Shown: positions 25,930 through 39,500, numbered from the stretch's first letter. The stretch is 64,000 nt of DNA from Octopus vulgaris (GCA_951406725.2 OX597818.1:82956001-83020000); one strand, 5' to 3'. Notes: generated from the sequence alone by a model not told the origin. Made by a program: numbers and translations.

Positions 25930-26075
25930 ATTGATCCGATAAGTGGACCAGCTTGCTCACAAAATTATATCCAAGTGACTGAGTATTCCACATACATGCG
26001 TACTCTCAGGGAGATTCAGCGTGACACAGATTGTCACAAGGCTGGCCTTTTAGATTATCGGTACTAGTCATTTTT
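25930..26075 (+). repeat. Interspersed repeat fragment shared with 47245-47403
   Basis: gatccgat...gagattcag.g.ga.acaga.tgt.acaa.gctggc is present at both loci. Confidence 0.65.
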
Positions 26076-27084
26076 GCTATCGTTGCGGAATATTTCTAGT
26101 TCTGTAGTTCGTCAACTGGCAGCAGTAATTTAAAGTTGTCAGCCGTGTTGTAGGGACGGAAAAACGATAATGCCCTCTGAATATCTCGAAGAGAAATGAA
26201 ATCGCTGGATACTCGGTGAACATCGGCATATTCAGCAGGACCCTCAACTGGACCGAGGGGTTAGGCAATGCTAAATTCAAGTGTCTCCGACGAGAAAAAA
26301 GGACTGGAGATGCTTATGTTGTGACCACAACTGCTATAAAAGGAGCTTGGATGTTTGGTGCTGGTACTACGAGCAATGGCGATGACGAAGCTCTATTGAC
26401 GTTTTTGATACTGGTAATTGATACATCAATGCCTCGCTGGCTCTTTTAGTGCCACAGCAGCTGGTGCCACTAGTAGTAGTGTACAATGTAGAGTTACTCA
26501 TATTAGTCACCACAACCCAACTATCAATTTCGTTCATTTTTCAATAATTTCGTTGCAATTTAATACCAGGTTCTTTTCATAAGAACATTTTAAAAAGAAG
26601 CTTTGAAACAAATTCTTCTGTTTTAAACCGTGCAAACTTGGAAAACGATTTGCTCTTGAAACTCCTACACACCTTCAAGACCATGCAAAAAAAAAAAAAA
26701 AAAGAATTTAATCCGACATAAACTACAGATTTCGTCATAATTTGTGGAAGGCAAATCATGTGCGGCTCCTATGCCAAAGAAAATAATAAAGCTGTTACGG
26801 CTATTTCTATCTCACAAGGAAGACAAACGTAGGACTTTGCCAAGACAATACTATCGACGGTAGTTGTTTTACAAAGAATATGATTGATAGAATAGCTATA
26901 AGGACAAACAAGACAGGTTTATTCCAGAAAATATTAATATACAAGAATTTGTAAATATCATTAAAAGAGTTGGAACAACATGGTAATCTTGAAAAATTTA
27001 ATGCATGTTTTCTAAATTTTAGTTAATTATTTTCTATGTAAGAAAGGAAACATGATATTTATCTGAAAACATGAATAGTATAGC

Positions 27085-27830
<746 letters not shown>

Positions 27831-28209
27831 TAAGAATTGAAGCATGGTTTAGTATAACCAATGGTGTAATTTCAAACAGAATCCATGTGATTGCAACTGA
27901 GGAGCTTCCAGAATTTGATGAATTCTTCAATTTGCGATGAAAGTACTTAACTAGTACACGCGAAGTAATTGCGGGTAGATTGCAATAAATTACTAAAAAG
28001 ACCAAAATTAACACCTGACTATTTACCTGAGGCGAAAAGAATATTAATTCGCAAAAACAATAATACCAAGGTCCGCAAAAATCTCCTGGTCCCGAATATG
28101 TTTAGCGGCCATATTGTATAGATCTGGTATTTGTATTGTCTATCGGCTTAACTGTTCGTCTGTGAAATAATACATCCCTGGATTAGAGGAAAGGATGGGC
28201 GGCAGCGAC

Positions 28210-28215
28210 AGATAA

Positions 28216-28301
<86 letters not shown>

Positions 28302-28307
28302 TGGTAG

Positions 28308-28348
<41 letters not shown>

Positions 28349-28352
28349 GGAC

Positions 28353-28435
<83 letters not shown>

Positions 28436-28467
28436 AAGAAAGATAGATATATAGACTGATAGATAGT

Positions 28468-28523
<56 letters not shown>

Positions 28524-28548
28524 GACTGATAGATAGTTAGATAGATAA

Positions 28549-28621
<73 letters not shown>

Positions 28622-28810
28622 CAGGTATATAGATAGATAGACAGACAGATGGATAGATAGATAGAGAGAGAGAGGGGGAGAGAAAGAGTGAGAGAGAGAG
28701 AGAAATAGGGATAGACATAGAGAGAGACAGGTAGACAGAGAGAGACAGAGAAAGAGAGCAAGAGCGTGTGAAAGAGATAGAGATAGAATGAGGGAAAGAG
28801 AGAGACAGAC
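28210..28810. repeat. (GATA)n/(GACA)n/(GA)n microsatellite field
   Basis: Direct reading. Confidence 0.95.
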
Positions 28811-29253
28811 TGACGTAAATACACAGATATGCACATACATACATTCAAAAAGACAAACAGACGGTCAGGCGGACAGACAGATAGTCAAACAGAGGTGGAG
28901 AAAGATATGCGGATGTATTGCTCAGAAAAGGAAATCTTGAAGAAGAAACACAAACCACAATATAGACAAATACTTATACACCATCAGTAAAAAATTGTTT
29001 ATTCCTTTAGCGTTTCAATAGGCCCAAATATCTTACCTGTTTTACGTTCAAACCGGCCAGATCCGTCTTCTCGAACCTATGCTATAATGTCATTGTAAAT
29101 GTAAACAACCACACCAACAAAATCCGGTAGCTAAGGGGCAATGCATGATTACTTACAAAGAAAGGTGAATAAATAAACGTTGCATTTGACAAAGTAATCT
29201 AAATGCCAAAAGATTGAAATAATATAGAGAAGACAGCCTTTGTATTTAATAAA

Positions 29254-30400
29254 ACTAACGCGTTACCCGGTCATACAAAAACGGTATCTAAAGAATAATA
29301 TAAAGAGATAATAAAAGAGATCGTACCTTATCTCCTTCAAAAGAAGAATCCTTTATTATTTTTTAAAGACGGGCTTCCTATCCGCAACTATACTTCTAAT
29401 GATAAATCATTTACTTGATGTGGAAAATATGGAGGCAATACTAGAATATTCATGTATAAGATATGAACCATAAAATAAATTTCTACTGTAACGCATAATG
29501 CCATTTATACCAGACAATTTTATGTGAGACAACACTCTCCCGTCTTGAGGAAATAATAAAAAATCACTGACAGTCTGTATGATATAGTCCTAGATACGCA
29601 AAATCAAAAAGTGTACCCAGAATGACCACAGATGGGTTCCACTTGTTCATAGACCAATCTTTTCAATTAGCGCAGATTTGGATCCAAACAACAGCAGTGC
29701 TACACACAATTCCAGAATTCCACCAAAATATGATTTCCAAGATGTACAACCTTTTCATGTAAAAAATATGTTCTTAAAATCCAGCATACTCACATTTATG
29801 GTGCTATATATTATTCATAATACCAACCCTAGGTAAAGTTAAAGAATATACTTCAGATCCTCCTCACATTTGCCATTCTTGGTTGAGTTCCAGTAAATAT
29901 GACGGACAGTAGTTTATCACTTTCAACATTAATAGTTCGAGTTTATAGTATTCATTCAAGATTAGAATTAAACTTAATCATACTTCAAGCTTTTGTCATA
30001 AAGCTAAACCTGTCCTAGATTTTTGCGTCTCGTACGTTATACAATCTCCTTCAACGGAGTAGCCATATAAAAGAAAATTGTCTTATCTCGTTTCCCAACG
30101 AAAGGAGAAAAATCTGTAAAGCAGATTCGTTTTAATATGCCAGTGATTTGTTATTACAAAACGAGCATTTGAAGGAAGACTATTTTAGTCTTCCCAGTCC
30201 TTGTATAAATCATGCTTATGTCACCAATTTTACATGAAAGTGTATCCTGATCCGTATTATTTATCGCTAGCAATATGGTGACATAATTCGAAAAATGCAG
30301 CAAAAGTCTGCCATTGTTTCGAACTACAATAAATACTTACTGAGCTATACTAAAGGAGATACAAGTACAAAAAAATGCTTCTTTAGAAGGCGGAAAATGA
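29254..30400 (-). mobile_element. Highly decayed Helitron (PIF1 helicase region and possible 3' terminus)
   Basis: Residual minus-strand peptides in Helitron order: PFVGK (30091-30105, like PFGGK), EKVVHLGNHILVE, GRVLSH (like VFSHGQ). Ends in ...ACCGTTTTTGTATGACCGGGTAACGCGTTAGT, resembling a hairpin-plus-CTAGT 3' end. Confidence 0.4.
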
Positions 30401-31344
30401 TTAGTTAGTACTTAAATGAATTGAAAAATATCTAAAAGAAGTTGCCTCCTTGATTTCTTAAATTTAATACTAATTACCTTACTCCCTCTTTAAATCAGAA
30501 AAAAAAAGAAAAGAAAAGAAACAGGAAATGTATACATATGTTTTTACAGGTGTTTATGTATTTATGCATGTCTGTAGGCAAGTATATATGAATAATCATG
30601 CGTATACACATAGTGAGATAATGGATGAAACTCATTTAAACAGCACATCATACATGTGCAACCCAGACGGCTTTGATGAAGACACAATATTCCAAAATAC
30701 TTTTTCATTTCGTAAAATACATGGTCACTAAGGAAAATAGAAAGAAGGACATGATTATCTAATTACAAATGAATCTAACGATAATTAGTCGCAGGAAAAT
30801 TCTTGAATGGTCTCCAAAAAAGTAAGTCTTGTATCGAAATATTTCTGTTTTCTGTTTGAAAGTAATTTGCATTATCCCAGGATCAACATATTTCAATAAA
30901 AAATCCAGAATTCATTAAGTGAAAAATGATTTCCGTAAAAGATGTTTTATGTATCCTCATCGATGCCTGGATGTATTGCCAAATTGTTTTTTTAATATTT
31001 TTCTAAGAGAAATATCGTGGCCATTATTCCGTCAATGTTTATTTTCTTCGACTAGGTACAAGAACTATTTGTTGTGAAATTGTTAAAGTGAGAAAAGCTG
31101 GCGCTGCTAAGGAATATGTTGAACTTCGGGTGTTTATATATACTTTTAAATTGTTGGTGCTATATTTGTAACACATAGTAGTACTGATTCTGCCATGAAT
31201 CGACGGAGAATCGTGTAATAAAACTCAATTTGAATTTATCATTTACACTACTGCACCTTAACTCAGTACAAATTACTTGAATATTAATGCCGAAGACGCA
31301 AATAACAAGTTATAATGTTCGTGCTTTTTCGTAGGTCATAGGAG

Positions 31345-31433
31345 CCGGGAAAAAATTGTCAGGTTGGGTTAGGGTTAAGGTTAGGGTTGGGGGTTGGGAT
31401 TAGGGTCAGGGTAGGTGTTAGATCAACTTTTCC
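31345..31433 (+). repeat. Degenerate telomere-like (TTAGGG)n tract between short inverted repeats
   Basis: gggttagggttaaggttagggttgggggttgggattagggtcaggg flanked by ggaaaaaattg and caacttttcc. Confidence 0.8.
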
Positions 31434-31499
31434 ATTAGGAAGTTGTCGAATTCTTTGATGACTGTTCAGGAACAATGACACACACACTCAAGGAAATAA

Positions 31500-32060
31500 A
31501 GTCGATTCACTTCGTCCTTGTTTGGCACTAGGAAAATTTCTTTGCCAATAAAAGTGGCATGAAAGAGAACATCAGTCTCCAACATCATTTGAACTCAAAA
31601 AGGAATGAGAATAGATGAATTATCTTTGGACATTCAGGTCACTCGCTTATCCTTCTGTCAACTGACAGCCATAACAATATGTGATAAATATTATCATTAT
31701 ATGTCATAGAATGGCAACACCTACAGCTGCTTCTATATATATATATGTTCATGTGTGTGTGTGTGTGTGTACGTAAGAATGTGTGTGTAAGCGTAAAAGT
31801 ATTTGCTTACATGCGGTTGCCTGTGTAAAATCCATTTGAAGTCAACGTAAAAGATATGCCAAGATGCAATGGCAATTTTCCTTTCAATCTCTAAGAACAG
31901 CTCATCGAAATCCACTATGATAACAGCCTTCACTGCCAATTTAGGATAAAACACTGAAGCTCTGAACATATTCTTCTCCATACTAAAGTAGAAATAAAAT
32001 CGGGTTGAGGTTTGGGATCGGGCATTCAGGCTTTCAAAATGCTCCTGTCATTTTCAATTA
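31500..32060 (-). mobile_element. Possible Merlin (IS1595/ISXO2-like) transposase fossil
   Basis: Minus-strand IGSEG followed by frameshifted IVDFDELFLEIERK resembles Merlin IGGxGxIVEIDESxFxKRK. Confidence 0.35.
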
Positions 32061-32320
32061 TCAACTTGTGCAAGGCAAGATTTTTCAGCATTTAATGTCA
32101 TAACAACTAAGTACTAGAAACGTTATGCAACTCGAAACATAATATAGGATGTTACACAGGAAACTAAACCAGGGTTTTGAAACAAACAAAAATTTGGTGT
32201 ATGACAGTAAAATGTGAGATAATGGCGTCACAGGGAGAGGGTTAGCGTTATTATGGTTCTAATGTATTTTGTGAGAATTACTTTATGTACATGTATGAAT
32301 ATGACTGTACACACACACAC

Positions 32321-32388
<68 letters not shown>

Positions 32389-32650
32389 ATATATACATAT
32401 ACGTATATATATGTATATATATAAAATATTGTGCATATGTTATTGTATGTAATTTATTATATATATTATTTATTATTAACACCATCCAGTCGTTAAATAG
32501 TGAGGTTTTTGAGCTTGGAATTTGCTAATAGTGCATACTGTATCTGCATATATGATGTCATAGACGCGGCTAACGAAAGTTACTCAACCATTATGCACAT
32601 TTCTTCCAACAACAGAAGAATTAAGAGAGTTAATGTACATCAGTTATGAA

Positions 32651-32692
<42 letters not shown>

Positions 32693-32739
32693 TACACATA
32701 TATATATATATAGATATACATACATATATACATATATAC

Positions 32740-32808
<69 letters not shown>

Positions 32809-33128
32809 CGTACATACATATACTTATAAGTGCATGCATATAATAATATCCAAATCGCATATATATAATCTCACAAAAACACATACACACGTGTGTATAT
32901 ATACATATACACGATGTACGTACTACATCAATTTTGAATAAGCATAGACTTATGCGTATGTGTGTATGCATACATCTAACTGCATATTAATGCATACATA
33001 CACACACACAGACACACACACATATACAAAAATGCATACACATATATGTGTATACATGTATATATATAGATTTATGTGGGTAAATATCCATATATACAAA
33101 TCTATATCTATCTATCTATTTATCTGCC

Positions 33129-33169
<41 letters not shown>

Positions 33170-33816
33170 CCACACAAACATACATATACGAAAGACAAGC
33201 AATACTTAAATATGTAATAACAACAAGAACAGAAGCGAAATTAATGTAAAAAATTTTCAGAAATAGCCATCATCACCTCCTTTCTCGATTCTTGTCCCTT
33301 CGTGAAGATAAAGATAACGAAAGGGAAAAAATCCAACAAATGCGAAAAGACAATAAAATGCAATAAAAAATTCCAACATGCAAGTAGGAGAATAAAAGTT
33401 ATAGGAAAGCTTTCCAAATGAGTGATCAAATAGCGTAATTGACGGTTCGAGGTCCTGTGTCCATTAGATATGTATTGTGGTTGGCAATATTGAGTTATAC
33501 TGTCGTAAAGTAAAATAGGTGTTGAAAGAAACAGATTGACATGTTGTGTGTGTTTGTGGGGAGTTTAAGAGATTGTGGAAACGTGGGTTAGACAGAAGGA
33601 GATGGAAGAAAAAAAAAGGCATCTGATGGATAAAAGAACGTGGGGGAAAGATTAGAGAGAGGTTGAAAATAAAGGTGTAAATAGGGATAGAATAGAACAG
33701 TATAATGTGTATTTTGATTTGTTGAGACCCACACCCGACTTTGTCGCTCATAGTGCGCGTGTATTTGTGTGTATGTGTGTGTTTAATTATGTATGTATGT
33801 AAGTATGTATGTATGT

Positions 33817-34207
<391 letters not shown>

Positions 34208-34854
34208 CATATTGTCACGCCTCCTTCCTTCAAACGGGAAGGAAGAGCTATTTTCATCATCCTTGTGGCTATGGCGAAAGAATGTATCTGGTGGACGCGT
34301 CTGAAAGGATTGGAGACAAACACTTTCCTCTCTGGTCAATCTCTCATCAACTTCTTCAAGTACCACTTGAAAAGGAAAGTGAGAGTAGAGAGGCAAGTTT
34401 TGTCTAGCGAATGTTTTAAAAAAGATGGGTGAATGTAGCAAGAATGGCACGTATGAATGACGAAGCCACCTTGAGCATAGTCCTATGAACCCAGAAATCG
34501 AAAACAGAGAATTGCTTATTTGCAAAAAAAAAAAAAAGAAAGAAATATAAAATGTGACTTCATTGACCGAGGTTACCGTGGTCTTTTCCGTAGGCTTTTC
34601 TTTCCACGGGTAAACCTCCCCTGTCCTCCCCTTTACACTTCATATTGACATTTCTGTGATAACGATCCCTATTGATCAATTTTTTTTCCTCTCCCCATTT
34701 TTTTCAACCCCCCTTTTTTGTCCTCTTTCTCTCCTTTTACGATCCCTTTTGATCGAAACTCCCCCCTTCCTTTTTTTTTTTTTTTTCAAAAAGAAAAGCT
34801 CTACCTTGTAATTTGTTCTATCTGTGTGCAGCCCTGTGTGGCTAATAAAGAAAC
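34208..34854 (+). mobile_element. 5'-truncated L1/Tx1-like LINE (ORF2 C-terminus and 3' UTR) inside (ATCT)n
   Basis: IVTPPSFKREGRAIFIILVAMAKECIWWTRLKGL...FFKYHLKRKVRVERQVLSSECFKK, with a frameshift in an A-run, resembles L1/Tx1 ORF2 ends (AKxxIWxxR). Pyrimidine-rich 3' UTR ends in AATAAAGAAAC. Confidence 0.6.
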
Positions 34855-34855
34855 A

Positions 34856-34965
<110 letters not shown>

Positions 34966-34966
34966 A

Positions 34967-35188
34967 CAAGGGTTTGCTGAAAAGTTCCCGGCTTTGAGTA
35001 AAAGAAAATACAGGAGGATCAGTTAATTATGATTTTAGTCAACATATTTGCCTCTCAGATTCACACACTTATTGGAGAGGTTCGTTTATGTCTCTAATCC
35101 AGCTAAAAAAAAAAAACTAGGAAGTTTGGCTCGCCAGTCAGGCTTTTCACGCTACCCTTAAAACCAGGAACTTTTCAGCACCCCCTCG
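34967..35188. mobile_element. Tc1/mariner-type MITE, 222 bp, TA target-site duplication
   Basis: TIRs caagggtttgctgaaaagttcccggcttt and aaaaccaggaacttttcagcaccccctcg; TA at 34965-66 and 35189-90. Confidence 0.88.
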
Positions 35189-35397
35189 TATTAATGTATA
35201 TAGAAATGCATTCTAGAAGTTCTGAGATATTTTTGGAGAGGCAGTTATTTGGAATCCAGATTAATGAAACTTAAGTATATGGCTACTGCACACTTAATGA
35301 GCTGACCTTATTTGATATTATAGGTCAAAGGAAACGTATGGAACTGCTCCTTGAACATACCCTACAAAACATCTGTCACAGCTGACTTGTTCGCAGA

Positions 35398-35700
35398 ATG
35401 TATTTGGGGCGTTTGAAAGCCAGCAGTGCAATAATTATAGCTGTGTTTCACTTGACAAAAACGCTACAAAAACCTATGAAAAGACCCCAGACTGCTCATG
35501 AATTAACTTGTATGAGCCGAGTATCAGGCCAGAGCAACTCCACCAGGAAGTGCATAATGACTCCATGTTTTGCTAGCAAGGGCATAATCTATATCCACAG
35601 GAATTCCTCTAGCCACACACTCTTCAAAGAGTATTTTGTCGAAGTTTTGAGGAAACTCAGAGGTTTTGATGCAAAAGACCGGATCGCTTGCACTATTTCA
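35398..35700 (+). pseudogene. Internally deleted mariner transposase remnant
   Basis: QTAHELTCMSRVS (N-terminal HTH-like) and FASKGIIYIH...TLFKEYFVEVLRKLR (like FDxKGIIHxEFLxxGxTINKEYYxEVLRRLR). Confidence 0.7.
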
Positions 35701-35856
35701 TGCAACTGAACCATGCAACAGTCCACAATTTGTCCTGGTATCCGACTACTTGAGATAGTTGTGTATCAAAATCGTCTCTTACACTCCCTATAGTCCAGGC
35801 CTCGCTCCTTGCAGCAGGGGGAGCGAACACTTACAACCCCTTAGCAGATAATAGGA

Positions 35857-35905
35857 TCACGAGACTGACTCAGTTTCGAGCTATTTGGCTCATCCTCAGT
35901 CGCGA
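35857..35905 (-). ncRNA. Type I hammerhead ribozyme motif, intact
   Basis: UCGCGA-CUGAGGA-U-GAGC-CAAAUA-GCUC-GAA-ACUG-AGU-CAGU-C/UCGUGA: stem I 6 bp (one G-U), stem II 4 bp, stem III 4 bp, GUC cleavage triplet, one extra U after A9. Confidence 0.8.
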
Positions 35906-35959
35906 AGATGCAGCTCATTGACCGATGGTTACTTTGTTTACGATATATTGTTGAGGGTA

Positions 35960-36150
35960 AGGCGGTGAGCTGGCAGAAACGTTAGCACGCCGGGCGAAAT
36001 TCTTGGCGGTATTTCGTCTGTATTTCGTCTGACTTCGCCTTTCATCCTTTCGGGGTCAATAAATTAAGTACCAGTAGCGTACTGGGGTCGATCTAAACGA
36101 CTTCGCCCCCTCCCTCCAAAATTTCGGGCCTTGTGCCTAGAGTAGAAAAT
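35960..36150 (+). mobile_element. Family A SINE (internally deleted) with ~17-bp TSD
   Basis: aggcggtgagctggcagaaacg...gggccttgtgcctagagtagaaaa; flanks atatattgttgagggta (35943-35959) and atatattgttggtggta (36152-36168). Confidence 0.9.
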
Positions 36151-36202
36151 AATATATTGTTGGTGGTAGCATACTCTGGCTCTCGCTCTGCGATGTAGGT
36201 GC

Positions 36203-36251
36203 TCGCGACCGAGGATTGGCCAAATAGCTTGAAACAGAGTCAGTTTTGCTA
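36203..36251 (+). ncRNA. Degenerate hammerhead motif (right arm of the fold-back element)
   Basis: UCGCGA-CCGAGGA-U-UGGC-CAAAUA-GCUU-GAAACAG-AGU-CAGUU-UUGCUA; 40/49 identical to the left-arm ribozyme but with U4C and a GUU triplet. Confidence 0.6.
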
Positions 36252-36427
36252 TCTACTAGAGGGTGATAGGGATTCGCTCCCCCTGCTAACAATATATTGT
36301 ATATAAAGGGTGCAGAGTGAATTTGCCTAGGGTTAAACTAGTCGTAACATTCAACAGCCACTTTGAAGCGGCGACTGGCTTTACTCTTATATATATATTA
36401 TAATATATATAATATATATTAAAAAAA

Positions 36428-36455
36428 TAATAATAATAATAATAATAGTAATTGC

Positions 36456-36526
<71 letters not shown>

Positions 36527-36537
36527 TGATGATGATG

Positions 36538-36598
<61 letters not shown>
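36428..36598. repeat. (TAA)n array, upstream target flank of the Dong element
   Basis: Direct reading; TAA resumes at 40775-40809. Confidence 0.95.
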
Positions 36599-36599
<1 letters not shown>

Positions 36600-39500
36600 T
36601 GACAGATCCCGTCTTTTTCCCTTTCTTTTCGTTTCCTTCTCCGTATTTTATTCTCATTATTTCGAACTAATACAGACACAGTAAGCCTTGAAGAAGGGAA
36701 GAGGAGGAAAGGAAAAAAAAAAAAATGTCCGGAGATAAAACTATCAACAAAAAAAATACAGACGAATATAGATCTGCTAGTCTTAAGAAGCGGCGCTATG
36801 AGCAATGCTTACATGTAGTGAACCCTAAACTGACAGATCCATCTCCTAATATAAGAATGGATGCTCGTCATGCTTCAAGGTCAACAAATCAAACAATAAA
36901 CCGCATTGGTCATTGCGCGGACTACAAAAGACCACGTACCCGAAAATTGAACCAAATCCTGATTGAAAAATCAGTTACTGGATCAAATCTTCCCAACACA
37001 CAGGAGCTGGACGAACCCCACAACCGGAATATTCCAACAGATGGCCATCCATGCTCATCACCAAATAATCAAAAGAAAAAGAAAGAAAAATGGTCTAGGG
37101 AAGATAATAAAGAAGTTCTTGAGGCCTTCTACCATGCCATATATTTCCCCACAGATAAGTCTAGCACTGTACAAGCATACTTAAACTGGAGACAGAAACA
37201 CCCTGAAGTAAGACCCTACATAGACAGTAACAAGCTTGCCAATGTTAGAAGAAACATTATAAAAAAGAAATTACTGACTGAAGTAGAGATTGATCAGGTT
37301 AGACAAGCAATATCGGATAAAATGAACGAAGCTGCAGCTAGAGAAGATAATACAGAGGAAATGATTATAGACCAGCCCAGGGCGGATAAAAACGAAGAGA
37401 GGATTGAAAGAGTTAGTATAAGTGATAGGCAAAGTGAAATACGCCCTGAACCAATCATAAACACTAAGACAGATGAGCATCAAATAGATAAAGAAAGTCA
37501 CACAAATATTGACCCAACAGAACTACATGAGCTAAAAAGTCAAATCATGATTGAATGGCTGAAAATTAAAGAAACCAGCATGGATGAGCGTGATACACTT
37601 CCTAAAATCCGCAACTCTAACCAAAACATGAAAATAATTGGTAAAATCCGGCTTGCACTTAAGGATATAATTTCAGTTAATGATGTTGATATCACAAACC
37701 TCAACCACCTATACTATGCATCCGCGAAAATCTCAACGATCCTATGTGGTGTAAAGATTAGAAAACGGCAACAGTCCCACAAAAAGCCTTCTTGGCAAGA
37801 GCGTCTGCAACAACAAATTAAAATATTTAGATCTGACATTGAATATTTGAAAAACCTTAAGGCTCACAAGATTACCAAACCTACAAAAACCCAAAAATTA
37901 CTGAAAAAATACAATATGAAAACTATACTTGATATTGATGCCACCATAGAAACCATCAAACAAAAGGTATCTGCCAAAGCTGCCCGCATAGCGAGGTATG
38001 AAAAGCGTGTTAGATTTTTCAAGGACAACAACATGTTCAAAAATAACACCAAGAATTTTTACAGGAAGATAGGAAAAACAGCGTTTACTGCAGGGTCTGT
38101 ACCATCAAAAGAAGAAGTGCAGAGATTTTGGAATAAAATCTGGGCAGAAGAAAAAACACACAACGAAAAGGCCCCCTGGATTGACAGAATATCTACAGAA
38201 CTGGACCCCTTAGAAGAGCAAAAGTGGGAGGGTGTCAAGGTAGAAGATATAAGATCTGCTCTCAGGAGGTCAAGCAAATGGAAGTCTCCAGGAAAGGATA
38301 AAATCCCTAACTTTTGGTTGAATGCCTTCCCAGAGAGCCATGAACTGCTAACAGAACTGTACAATGATGTTTTGCAACACCCTAGTAGGATGCCTCCTTG
38401 GCTAGTTAATGGGTTAACATTCCTGCTTCCAAAAAGTGAAGAAACAAATGAACCAAAAAACTATAGACCCATAACCTGCTTAACAACTATGTACAAAACA
38501 CTAACATCTGTCCTGACGGAATATACCTATAGTTTTTTAACAGACAGCAGCATATTCCCTAATGAACAGAAAGGATGTAAACGTGGATCCTACGGCTGTA
38601 AAGACCAACTACTCATCAATAAGATGATCTTAGAAGATTGTCACAAACGACACAAAAACTTATCAATAGCCTGGATAGACTATAAAAAGGCTTTTGATAG
38701 CCTACCACATAGCTGGATTAGGAAATGCCTTGAAATGTATAAGATAGCACCAACTCTGCGAAACTTCTTGACTGTAAGTATGAGATCATGGAGAACCACA
38801 CTAACTCTGAACAGTGACAGTGAATCCCTAAATGCTGGTGATGTAAAAATTTCGTGTGGCATTTTCCAGGGTGACTCACTGTCACCACTCCTCTTTTGTT
38901 TATCCTTAATACCTCTCTCAAAGCTGCTCAATGATGCGCAGTACGGGTATAAAATGTTTGATAAAAATATAAATCATCTCGTTTACATGGATGATTTAAA
39001 GCTTTTTGCAAAAAATGATCAACAACTCAAGGGCTTACTAGCGATAGTCAAACAATTCAGTGACGACATCAGAATGCAATTCGGCCTCGATAAATGTGCA
39101 AAGGCTACCTTTATCAAAGGAAAAATGACAGAAACATCTAACGTTAACCTTCACCAACAGAATGTCATAAAAGAACTAGACCCAGCGGAGAGCTACAAGT
39201 ACCTAGGGATAATTGAAGGGAACGGAATAAGGCATTCAGAGATGAAGGAAAGGATCAGGAGAGAATGCTATCGAAGAGTGAGAGCAATACTCAAGACAGA
39301 GCTGAATGCGAGAAACAGGATCGAAGCAATCAATGCATTAGCTATACCAGTCGTGACTTACAGTTTCAATATTGTTAACTGGTCAATTACTGAAATATGT
39401 CAGCTCGACAGAAAAATAAGGAAACTGTTGACAATGCATAGAATGCACCACCCTAAGGCAGATACAGAACGACTATATCTGCCAAGAAAAGAGGGAGGCC

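Larger units (their letters stand above)
35813..36287. mobile_element. Fold-back element with ~90-bp inverted arms, each containing a hammerhead motif; SINE inserted in the spacer
   Basis: Perfect 15-bp terminal inverted repeat agcagggggagcgaa (35813-35827) / ttcgctccccctgct (36273-36287); arm similarity continues inward to 35905 and 36203. Confidence 0.85.

Noticed and set aside
26100-26460. hAT transposase dimerisation-domain remnant (PLNISKRNE)
   Set aside because: Similarity is too weak; the SERxFS motif is not recoverable.
31362-31420. True telomere or chromosome-fusion site
   Set aside because: Only ~60 bp, degenerate, one orientation.
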